A DNA stretch of 64,000 bases, from contig JABIBU010000013.1 of the NCBI GenBank assembly GCA_018652595.1, positions 29,043 to 93,042 of the forward strand, read 5' to 3'. Positions 28,219-36,400 of the stretch are shown here, piece after piece. The stretch comes from Candidatus Magasanikiibacteriota bacterium (GTDB lineage: Bacteria; Patescibacteriota; Patescibacteriia; Magasanikbacterales; UBA922). Numbering within the stretch: the stretch's first letter is position 1; the number at the start of each line of letters is the position of its first letter. Both the position numbers and the translations under genes were made by a program. The notes below the pieces were generated by a model. It did no database searches, was not told where the DNA came from, and saw nothing but the letters and a program-made list of their open reading frames with translations.

Positions 28219-28941
28219 ATGGCTTCCCAAACACTATCAAAACAAGCCCTGCAAGTAATAGAAAATTACCGAAATCTATCTATCGGCAAAAACAAAATTC
28301 TTTGCCCATATTTCAATAACCGTCGATCAGGTGTCCGCGGTGCCCTTCGTGTCCTAATTGGCAAGGGCAGCCCAAAAGATATCGAAGAAGAGACACTTCT
28401 TTTTGCCTTGCGAGAAAAAGTTGATTTGGATAATTTGAATTCAGAAAAATCAAAAAAGTTTTTAGTAGATCACAATCTTGGAATTGATTGTTCTGGTTTT
28501 ATTTATCATATTTTAGATGCAGAACTAGGAAACTTAAAAAAACATCTAAAACATCCATGGATAAAAAATCCATTACGCAAATTAATTGCAAAACTTAGAA
28601 TCGTAGAAAATACTGGTGTTTCAACTTTTAACAACGACGTAAACACAGCAAAAGTAAAACTTTCTGAAGTAAAACCTGGCGACTTAATTATTATGATGAA
28701 CACAGGATTAAAAAATGATTTACACCATATTTTAATAGTTCATGAAGTATCAGAAAATCAAATAAAATACTCTCACTCATTCCAATTTACAACAGACGGA
28801 CAATATAATCATGGTATCAAGCAAGGTGAAATTAAAATTATAGATTCTAATAAAAATATTCTAGAACAAGAATGGAGAGAAGTTGAAACGCATAATCACG
28901 CAAAGATGGCAAAAGAATTGAAGATCAAGAGGGTTAAATAA
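28219..28941 (+). CDS. NlpC/P60-family cysteine hydrolase (probable peptidoglycan peptidase/amidase)
   Basis: Catalytic Cys motif GIDCSGFIYHIL and a downstream KPGDLIIMM...HHILIVHEV His motif. The gene sits 12 bp after the ATP-grasp gene. Confidence 0.5.
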   Translation: MASQTLSKQALQVIENYRNLSIGKNKILCPYFNNRRSGVRGALRVLIGKGSPKDIEEETLLFALREKVDLDNLNSEKSKKFLVDHNLGIDCSGFIYHILDAELGNLKKHLKHPWIKNPLRKLIAKLRIVENTGVSTFNNDVNTAKVKLSEVKPGDLIIMMNTGLKNDLHHILIVHEVSENQIKYSHSFQFTTDGQYNHGIKQGEIKIIDSNKNILEQEWREVETHNHAKMAKELKIKRVK

Positions 28942-28957
28942 TATATAGATTTAAAAA

Positions 28958-29011
28958 TAAAAAAACTACGTAACACTTGTCCACCTTGGGTGGATATTAC
29001 GTAGTTTTTTT
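28958..29011. terminator. Bidirectional intrinsic terminator
   Basis: AAAAA-CTACGTAA..(ccaccttgggtgg)..TTACGTAG-TTTTTTT. Confidence 0.55.
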
Positions 29012-29120
29012 AAATTTCTCAAATTACAAATCTTATAATCTAAGAAGTTTGGTCGCCGTAGCAAACCGCCCTCCCTCCCATGTAAAAGAACACTAACTTA
29101 ACCGGCCCTGTAGTTCCATA

Positions 29121-29441
29121 CTAATGGATTACACGATCTGGCAAGCCTGTATGGGTCATAGCATCTGCACCAGTACCTAAAGCAGCCACGACCTCGACAC
29201 CCTCGCCGATCTGCTGATCAATCTTAGTGAAGAAAACAGCATCACCAGACGCGACCACCGACGACTGACCACTGCAGATAGAGCAGTCTAGTATCAGCTC
29301 CCCTCCGCAAGTGACACATGTAGTGTCTCCGGAGCACTTCTTGTCGAAAGTGCCAGGACAATCCACAATACCGGTGCCTGCACAACACCCGCACTCTTCT
29401 CTACGCATATTTTCCTCCATATGGTTCAGTTTAAAACCCAA
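29121..29441 (-). CDS. Small Cys-rich protein with a DnaJ-type CxxCxGxG zinc-finger repeat
   Basis: Repeats CGCCAGTG, CSGDTTCVTCGGE and CSICSGQS are present. The gene is 106 aa and GC-rich. Confidence 0.45.
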   Translation of the reverse strand: MGFKLNHMEENMRREECGCCAGTGIVDCPGTFDKKCSGDTTCVTCGGELILDCSICSGQSSVVASGDAVFFTKIDQQIGEGVEVVAALGTGADAMTHTGLPDRVIH

Positions 29442-29510
29442 TATACCTCAAAAGCATAAAAAAGTCAATAACTTGATTTTTCTACCACTTTTTGGTATTA
29501 TATGTAAGAT

Positions 29511-30632
29511 ATGGTACTACCTATGGAATCACTAGACCTACTAAAAACAGCCATTGGTTTTGGCTTGTTTTCTTGTACTATCGCATTTTTGTGGGCACCA
29601 GCTCTTATAAAGGTGTTGTACAAATACAAAGTCACCCGTAGATCTGAATTTGATGCTACGCTCAATATAAAAAAGAAGGTCGGCACACCAATTATGGGTG
29701 GAATACTTATTATTGCCACTGTCGCAGTTATAACCCTTATTTTCAACTGGGAACGTGAATTTACTTGGGTGCCTATTGGTGTAATGTTATTAGCTGCCAC
29801 TCTTGGTGGTGTGGATGACTTGTTAAATATTTTTGGAAGAAAAAGAAGAAACAGAAAACTAAAGCAGATTTTAAAATTAATCCGTGTACACAAGAGCTTG
29901 AAACAACGTATCTGGCTCACAATTGGTCTGCCTTGGGCACTTTTTAAACGCAGCTCACTCTGGCTCGGATCTCATCCTGGTAAGGGCGTGCATGTACATG
30001 AAAAACTATTATTACAATTCGCAGCTGGTGCGATTACAGCTTGGTGGATTTATTTCAAACTTGGCGAGCACTGGCGCCAGATCCATATTCCTTTTGATGG
30101 CTATGTAGATATTGGCTGGTGGATTATTCCGCTTATTATTTTCTTTGTCATGTTTACCGCCAATGCAGTGAACGTCGCCGATGGTATGGATGGTCTGGCT
30201 GGTGGATCACTTACTCTTACTTTTGGCGCACTAACGATTCTTAGCTGGCTAAATGGTTATAACGAAATTGCAATCTTAAATGCCACCACTGCCGGCGCTC
30301 TAATCGCTTATACATATTTCAATATCAAACCAGCCAGATTTCAAATGGGAGATGTTGGGTCGCTTGGTTTGGGGGCCTTACTTGCTATTAATGCAATTGT
30401 GATAAACAAAATGCTCTTACTCCCCTTTCTCGCATTTATTTTTTATATAGAATTAACAAGTGTAGTTATACAAGTCTTTGGTCGCCATGTATTGGGCAGA
30501 AGGATTTTCAAAATGGCACCAATTCATCACCACTTTGAACTGCGAGGCTGGAGCGAAGAAAAAACTGTCATGAGATTTTGGATTATGCATGCGGCAGTTG
30601 TATTGTTAGGTCTTTGGATTGCATTATATTAG
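29511..30632 (+). CDS. mraY: Phospho-N-acetylmuramoyl-pentapeptide transferase
   Basis: ANAVNVADGMDGLAGG motif and a 10-TM topology. Confidence 0.75.
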   Translation: MVLPMESLDLLKTAIGFGLFSCTIAFLWAPALIKVLYKYKVTRRSEFDATLNIKKKVGTPIMGGILIIATVAVITLIFNWEREFTWVPIGVMLLAATLGGVDDLLNIFGRKRRNRKLKQILKLIRVHKSLKQRIWLTIGLPWALFKRSSLWLGSHPGKGVHVHEKLLLQFAAGAITAWWIYFKLGEHWRQIHIPFDGYVDIGWWIIPLIIFFVMFTANAVNVADGMDGLAGGSLTLTFGALTILSWLNGYNEIAILNATTAGALIAYTYFNIKPARFQMGDVGSLGLGALLAINAIVINKMLLLPFLAFIFYIELTSVVIQVFGRHVLGRRIFKMAPIHHHFELRGWSEEKTVMRFWIMHAAVVLLGLWIALY

Positions 30633-30640
30633 CATTTTCT

Positions 30641-31294
30641 ATGTATCTAAAATGGAACGAACAAACTATAACGGACTTCTCTGACGAGAATATCAATTCC
30701 CTATACGACCAGGGCTTTTTGTTTGGACGCAATGGTAAAGGTGCAATCTATCAGACTAGAAGCCTACGGATTGATTTGAGTAAGTTTGAATTGTCGAGTG
30801 AGAATAAACGTATACTCAAAAAGACAGAGGACATAGGACATAGGACATATGACCTACCTTACGCTAAATACAATTGGGAGATAGGAAAAATGGGAAAAGA
30901 TTTTTATACTGAAAAATTTGGTGATGGCACTTTTTCTGCCAACAAGATAAAAGAACTTTTAACAACAGAATATAATTTTAATAAGCTCTTTGTTTATAAA
31001 AACGAAAAAGAAACTATTGGATATTCTATATGTTTTGAAAATGAAGAAATTTTGCATTACTCTTATCCATTTTATATCCTAAGTCCCAAGTCTTATGTCT
31101 TCAACCCAAATACAGGAATGTCCATGATGATTCAGGCCATAAATTATGCAAAAGAAAATAATAAAAAATTCATCTACCTCGGCTCAGCCAAAGATGAAAA
31201 AGCTAAATATAAACTCCAATTCAAAGGGCTAGAATGGTTTGATGGTGAGAAGTGGAGTGAAGATCTGGAGGAATTGAAAAGTATTTTGAAATAA
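30641..31294 (+). CDS. GNAT-fold aminoacyl-tRNA-dependent transferase-like protein (ATE/Bpt- or Fem-like), tentative
   Basis: YQTRSLRIDLSKFELSSENKRILKKTE resembles the ATE/Bpt Q.R.LR....F..S...RR.L.KN region. The track ORF starts at 30578 and overlaps mraY, so the Met at 30641 is preferred. Confidence 0.35.
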   Translation: MYLKWNEQTITDFSDENINSLYDQGFLFGRNGKGAIYQTRSLRIDLSKFELSSENKRILKKTEDIGHRTYDLPYAKYNWEIGKMGKDFYTEKFGDGTFSANKIKELLTTEYNFNKLFVYKNEKETIGYSICFENEEILHYSYPFYILSPKSYVFNPNTGMSMMIQAINYAKENNKKFIYLGSAKDEKAKYKLQFKGLEWFDGEKWSEDLEELKSILK

Positions 31295-31295
31295 T

Positions 31296-31664
31296 ATGCA
31301 AAATAACGAACTGACTAGACTATCCAGAATAACTTTACTATTATCTATAATTTTTTTAATTTTGTCAGGATATTATTTTATGCAACCAAACCCAACAAAC
31401 ACCTGCCGCAGTGGTTGCGAAAACGATTTTAACTTTATAATTAATCCATTAAAAGGTTTTCGAAGTTCAGAGCCTTCGTCAAAAAAATTACCAAAACCAG
31501 CATTAGAGGATATTTCCAATAATATTGAAATGTGTCCACAAGTTTGTTTTATTCCAAAACATCCTTTATCCTACCTATTTTTTGATATAAGCATTATTTT
31601 ATCTGTAATTAGAGGCATATTGATTTTAAAAAATGCACAAGCTAATAAAAATGCACAAAAATAA
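31296..31664 (+). CDS. Small membrane-anchored Cys-containing protein
   Basis: 122 aa with an N-terminal TM segment; it overlaps the Mur ligase start by 32 bp. Confidence 0.3.
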   Translation: MQNNELTRLSRITLLLSIIFLILSGYYFMQPNPTNTCRSGCENDFNFIINPLKGFRSSEPSSKKLPKPALEDISNNIEMCPQVCFIPKHPLSYLFFDISIILSVIRGILILKNAQANKNAQK

Positions 31665-33027
31665 AAAAATCCATTTCATCGGAATCTGCGGAGTTGCCAT
31701 GTCAGCTCTTGCTTTGGCTATGAAAAAAGCTGGTCACAATGTAACTGGATCTGACAAAGGAATATACCCACCAATCTCAACTTATTTGAAAGAAAGTGGA
31801 GTTGATTATTATACTGGCTGGCATCCTGAAAAGATGGGAAAGCCTGATCTGGTTGTAGTTGGCAATGTTGCCGGATCAACTAATCCCGAATGGCTACATG
31901 TACAAGAAAATAATTTAGAATACGTTTCTTATCCCGAGCTAATTGAAAAGTTTTTTATAAAAGAAAATTCCATCATTTGCTCTGGAACCTATGGCAAGAC
32001 CAGTTCCACAGCGCTCTTGACTTGGATTTTAAAACAGGCAAAACTAGATCCAACTTACATGTTCGGTGGAATTAGTTTAAATGATATTCCAGCGGCTAAC
32101 CTTACCAATTCAAAATATAATATTCTAGAAGGTGATGAATACAAATCCGCCCGCTGGGACTTGCAGGCAAAATTCTTCCACTATCATCCCACTCACCTAC
32201 TTCTTACTTCTTGCCAGTGGGATCACGCTGATGTTTATCCAACGGAAGAATCTTATTTTGATGCATTTCAGGAATTAATTAATGACATGCCTAAAAGTGG
32301 GCTTATTGTTGCTAGTGAAAAAATAAAAGACTCGAGATTGAGGATTAAAGATTATATGAGCTACGGACCATCTGATGATAGCGATTATCAGTATAAGAAT
32401 GTGATCGCAACAAAAGATGGCTTGGAATTTTCCATCATCAACAACTCTAAGACCTATAACCTAAAACCTAAAACCTTAGGCTCCTATATGGCCGACAACA
32501 TGACCGGAGCATTTGCCATGGCACATGAGCTCGGTATTGAGCCAGATGTAATAATAAAAGCTTTAGAAAGTTTTAAAAATATAAAAAGAAGACTAGAAAA
32601 AAAACTTGATGGCGACATTACAGTCTTCGACGATATTGCCCACTCACCTGATAAAGCAAAATCTGTTTTAGAGACCTTAAGAAAAATTTACAATGGAAAA
32701 ATTTTTGCAGTCTTCGAACCAAACTCTGGTAATCGCCAAGAAGAAAGTATCAGTGGCTATGATAATAAATTTAAACAAGCCGACGAAGCAATAATCCCCC
32801 GCCTAACTCATATAAAACGCGACCCAAACAAACCAGCACCACTGGATGGTGAAAAACTTACTGAAGTAATTTCCAAAACTCATAGTAATGCAAATTTTAT
32901 TAATGAAGACGAAAAGTTAATTAATTATTTAATAGAAAATACCACCCCCGGTGATGTGATAGTTTTTCTAGGATCACACGGATTTCGTGGAATGATAGAC
33001 CAGCTAGTAAGCAAATTAAGCATGTAA
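31633..33027 (+). CDS. murC: Mur ligase family protein (MurC/Mpl type)
   Basis: N-terminus KIHFIGICGVAMSALA, a central GTYGKTSST P-loop, and the C-terminal Mur ligase domain. Confidence 0.6.
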   Translation: MHKLIKMHKNKKIHFIGICGVAMSALALAMKKAGHNVTGSDKGIYPPISTYLKESGVDYYTGWHPEKMGKPDLVVVGNVAGSTNPEWLHVQENNLEYVSYPELIEKFFIKENSIICSGTYGKTSSTALLTWILKQAKLDPTYMFGGISLNDIPAANLTNSKYNILEGDEYKSARWDLQAKFFHYHPTHLLLTSCQWDHADVYPTEESYFDAFQELINDMPKSGLIVASEKIKDSRLRIKDYMSYGPSDDSDYQYKNVIATKDGLEFSIINNSKTYNLKPKTLGSYMADNMTGAFAMAHELGIEPDVIIKALESFKNIKRRLEKKLDGDITVFDDIAHSPDKAKSVLETLRKIYNGKIFAVFEPNSGNRQEESISGYDNKFKQADEAIIPRLTHIKRDPNKPAPLDGEKLTEVISKTHSNANFINEDEKLINYLIENTTPGDVIVFLGSHGFRGMIDQLVSKLSM

Positions 33028-33094
33028 GCAAATTAAGCATCTTAAACCATATGCTTATTCTGCTTATTACTTAATCTGCCTAATCTACTTAATT

Positions 33095-33652
33095 ATGAAA
33101 ATACCTAAAGAAGCAAAAAAAGTATTCGACGGAGTAATTTTCGATGTGTATCAATGGGAGCAAGAAATGTTTGATGGGAGCAAGGCAACTTTTGAACGAA
33201 TACATCGTGCACCATCAGTCGAATGTATCGCAATTGTTGACAATAAAATAATCACACTAGAACAAGCCCAGCCAAATAGAGACTGGTATCCCAGTCTACC
33301 AGGTGGTAGAATCGACGAGGGCGAAGAACCAGCACAAGCAATCGCTCGAGAACTTTTGGAAGAGACTGGTTATACTGCCGAATCATTTGAATTATACCGA
33401 GAGTATTCGGGAACATCAAAAATTCATTTTCCCGAATATATATTCATAGCACGAAATTGTAAAAAAATAACCGAGCAAGATATAGATAGTGGAGAAAAAA
33501 TAAATGTGAAACTATCTACTTTTGATGAATTCTTAAATATCTTTCGCAATGAACTTTGTGCAACATCGATATATTTAAAATTTGAAATATACGAAGCCTT
33601 GCTTGATGAAAAAAAGATAGCTAACCTAAAAAAGGAAATTTTTCAAAAATAA
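33095..33652 (+). CDS. NUDIX hydrolase
   Basis: Nudix box GGRIDEGEEPAQAIARELLEETG. Confidence 0.7.
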   Translation: MKIPKEAKKVFDGVIFDVYQWEQEMFDGSKATFERIHRAPSVECIAIVDNKIITLEQAQPNRDWYPSLPGGRIDEGEEPAQAIARELLEETGYTAESFELYREYSGTSKIHFPEYIFIARNCKKITEQDIDSGEKINVKLSTFDEFLNIFRNELCATSIYLKFEIYEALLDEKKIANLKKEIFQK

Positions 33653-33706
33653 AACACAGATCAATATAATCTGTGTAATCTTTAAAAATCTGTCTAAATC
33701 AGTGTA

Positions 33707-33868
33707 TTATTTCCCCTCATCCACAATCTCTGTCTGAACTTCGTCTCCAGCCTCAGTAACAAGCAAAGAAATACCGCAAACATTGCACTCTACAACCTGA
33801 TCTTTTGCTAAATTTGGATAAGGAGTAAGATCCACCTCATTTTTACACTCGGGACAAACTAGTTTCAT
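33707..33868 (-). CDS. LysW-like small zinc-ribbon protein (53 aa, below the ORF-track cutoff)
   Basis: MKLVCPECKNEVDLTPYPNLAKDQVVECNVCGISLLVTEAGDEVQTEIVDEGK has LysW/ArgW-type CPEC...CxxCG spacing and an acidic tail. Confidence 0.4.
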   Translation of the reverse strand: MKLVCPECKNEVDLTPYPNLAKDQVVECNVCGISLLVTEAGDEVQTEIVDEGK

Positions 33869-33930
33869 AATAGTAAAGTTAATAGTAATGTGATAATATA
33901 GTACAATAAAATAGTAAATTTTGCAAATCT

Positions 33931-34848
33931 ATGAAAACAATTCAAATGCCGTATAGTAAGCTGGCTCAGGCTCTGGGGGTAAAAGATGTTTATCTCAAGC
34001 GCGAGGACCAACACAAATACGGATCGCACAAAGGCAGGTCTATTCCTGTCATGATAAAAAAATACTTCAAGGAAGACGACAGCCGTAACTTTGTAATCTC
34101 TTCTTCTGGTAATGCAGCTCTCGCAGCTGTCCATGCCGTACAAGTTCATAATCATAATAATCCAGAAAAAATAAAACTGACTGTTTTTGTTGGACAAAAT
34201 ATTAATCCGCAAAAAATGAAAAACCTAATGAATACGATTATTGATGCAAATATAAAAATCGAACAAGTAGAAAGACCAAAACAGACTGCTTTTCAAATTG
34301 AAAAAGAAGGAAGCTCTAGAAATCTACGTCAATCTACTGATAACAATGCACTACTCGGTTATTATGAGCTAGCCCAAGAGCTAGATAGCATTCCAAACCT
34401 ATCTGCTGTATTTATACCAACATCTTCCGGCACTACAGCACAAGGAATGGCGGAAGCATTTTTGGGTGAAAGCTATCTCACTCTAGATCAAAAACCGCAA
34501 ATACACATTGTCCAAACTACCACCTGCAATCCAATAGCTTCAATGCTTGTAAAAGATGGCTCTGTGTCACCATCTACGACTGACTCAATAAAATCCATTG
34601 CCGGAGCCATAGTAGACAAAATAGCTCACCGCAAAGATAGAGTGGTGGAATTAATAAAAAAATCCGAAGGTGCTGGTTGGATTGTAACTAATGAAGAAAT
34701 AAAAGATGCCCAAAAACTAGTGAAACAAACCACAAGTCTTCAAATCTCTACCAACAGCGCCTTGTCTGTTGCCGGATTAAAAAAAGCCAAAGACAATGGC
34801 TTTGGCTGGGGTGATGGTGTGGTTGTTTGTTTGGTTACTGGAATGTAA
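33931..34848 (+). CDS. PLP-dependent fold-type II enzyme (cysteine-synthase/threonine-synthase-like)
   Basis: PLP-lysine motif GSHKGR (consensus GSFKDR) and SSSGNAALAAV (consensus TSGNTG). Confidence 0.6.
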   Translation: MKTIQMPYSKLAQALGVKDVYLKREDQHKYGSHKGRSIPVMIKKYFKEDDSRNFVISSSGNAALAAVHAVQVHNHNNPEKIKLTVFVGQNINPQKMKNLMNTIIDANIKIEQVERPKQTAFQIEKEGSSRNLRQSTDNNALLGYYELAQELDSIPNLSAVFIPTSSGTTAQGMAEAFLGESYLTLDQKPQIHIVQTTTCNPIASMLVKDGSVSPSTTDSIKSIAGAIVDKIAHRKDRVVELIKKSEGAGWIVTNEEIKDAQKLVKQTTSLQISTNSALSVAGLKKAKDNGFGWGDGVVVCLVTGM

Positions 34849-35055
34849 TTAGCGCGTTACCATCTTCCAAGCAACATTAAAAGCTATTGGCAAAATCAAA
34901 AATAAAATTAACCAAATCATAATAGCAATCCAGACAAGCCTAAAGCTTGTCTTTTTTGATAATTTTTTTATTGGAAGAGGAATCTTGGTCACATAACCTT
35001 TTTTCATTTTATAAAACAAATGCGGTATGAAAAATGCCTGAATAGCAGCAAACAC
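34849..35055 (-). CDS. Small membrane protein
   Basis: 68 aa with one or two TM segments. Confidence 0.3.
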   Translation of the reverse strand: MFAAIQAFFIPHLFYKMKKGYVTKIPLPIKKLSKKTSFRLVWIAIMIWLILFLILPIAFNVAWKMVTR

Positions 35056-35058
35056 ACA

Positions 35059-35724
35059 TCAGACAGAAGGACTATCTTGCAAAACATTAAAACTAGTTAG
35101 TATATCTCGTGAACAAACTATTCCGGCCTTATTGATAAAAGCAGACAAAAATGCGTAGCCCAAAGATAGTAAAAAAGAAATATTCAAAATTGCAAAAGTA
35201 GCCCACAATAGCAATCTTTTGTTCTCATGAACAGGACTAATTTTTCTAACATAAAAAACACAAACATTCCAATAAATAAACAAAATCATCCAAGCACTCG
35301 CCCAAATAATATGCGAATGACCTCTCACCCAAAAATGGTAATTCTCAAAAGTCATGTCGTTCAAGAACATACCCAAGCCCACCAAAGCAATAATAACAAC
35401 AAAAATCTTACTACCAAAATTTATTTTGGTCAAAATCTCCAGCCCTTTCATAAAAAAATACATGGCTGAGATAGACGTAATCAGACCTATTTTATAGACT
35501 ATATTACTTCCAGTATATATAGCAAAAAATTCCATCAACTGATGACCAGCTATACAAGCATAACCAATTATAATATATCTGAAAAAAGAAATTAGTCTTT
35601 TATCTGCCAAAGCTTTTTTAATCTTAGTCTTAGTACTACCCCAAACATATTTCCACCAAGAATAACTACATCCACTGGCTATGACTGAACCAACTACTAA
35701 TGAAACTTCTTTGCTATAACACAT
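35059..35724 (-). CDS. Hypothetical polytopic membrane protein
   Basis: 221 aa with about 6 TM segments. Confidence 0.4.
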   Translation of the reverse strand: MCYSKEVSLVVGSVIASGCSYSWWKYVWGSTKTKIKKALADKRLISFFRYIIIGYACIAGHQLMEFFAIYTGSNIVYKIGLITSISAMYFFMKGLEILTKINFGSKIFVVIIALVGLGMFLNDMTFENYHFWVRGHSHIIWASAWMILFIYWNVCVFYVRKISPVHENKRLLLWATFAILNISFLLSLGYAFLSAFINKAGIVCSRDILTSFNVLQDSPSV

Positions 35725-35737
35725 AATTTTTTATTAA

Positions 35738-36397
35738 TTACAGGGCAATAGACACACTGACAATATTCTCTCCTTCTTGCTTTTCGCTCTTCTTCCCTTT
35801 TTTGATATAATAATTTTCTTCTAAATCAAACTTGGCTTCGGCGAACAAACTTTCAAGTTCATCCAAATCAAAAGCATGATAAAAACGCTCACCAAGAACT
35901 TTGCCTTCTGGGTTTTTGTATGGCACAGTAAAATCCTTTTCAAAGCGTTTATACTTACCCTTTTCTACCTGCTCGCTTCCCCATTTGCCCAGCAAATTCC
36001 AATTAGTCATCACAAGCCTTCCACCTGGCTTTAAGACTCTTCGCATCTCAGCTAAGACTTTCAATCTATCCTCAGCATTGGCCAGATGATGAAAGGCGGC
36101 AATTGAATAAATAACATCATAGCTATCATCTGGAAAAGGTAACTCTCTCATATCTCCCACACTAAAATCAACTCCAGGAAACTTTTCCCAAGCCCTTTTG
36201 ATCAATTCCTCGCTTTGATCAAGTCCTATGTAGTGAATTGACATACCATCAAAAAGCTGGTATAATCTACCATTCCCACAACACAGGTCTAAAACTTTGT
36301 CTCCATCTCTGGTATACTTAGCCAGAGGCTTGAGATCATCCCAGAGATATTGACGGGTACTACTAAATTCTTGAGCAAAATTATTATATACTGACAT
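35738..36397 (-). CDS. Class I SAM-dependent methyltransferase
   Basis: Motif I VLDLCCGNGRL and post-I DVIYS. Confidence 0.7.
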   Translation of the reverse strand: MSVYNNFAQEFSSTRQYLWDDLKPLAKYTRDGDKVLDLCCGNGRLYQLFDGMSIHYIGLDQSEELIKRAWEKFPGVDFSVGDMRELPFPDDSYDVIYSIAAFHHLANAEDRLKVLAEMRRVLKPGGRLVMTNWNLLGKWGSEQVEKGKYKRFEKDFTVPYKNPEGKVLGERFYHAFDLDELESLFAEAKFDLEENYYIKKGKKSEKQEGENIVSVSIAL

Positions 36398-36400
36398 ACT

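Noticed and set aside
30578-30640. Upstream extension (MDYACGSC...) of the GNAT-fold ORF containing a CGSC motif
   Set aside because: It would overlap mraY by 55 bp, whereas the Met at 30641 gives an 8-bp gap. The extension is treated as non-coding, though an ATE_N-like Cys motif cannot be fully excluded.
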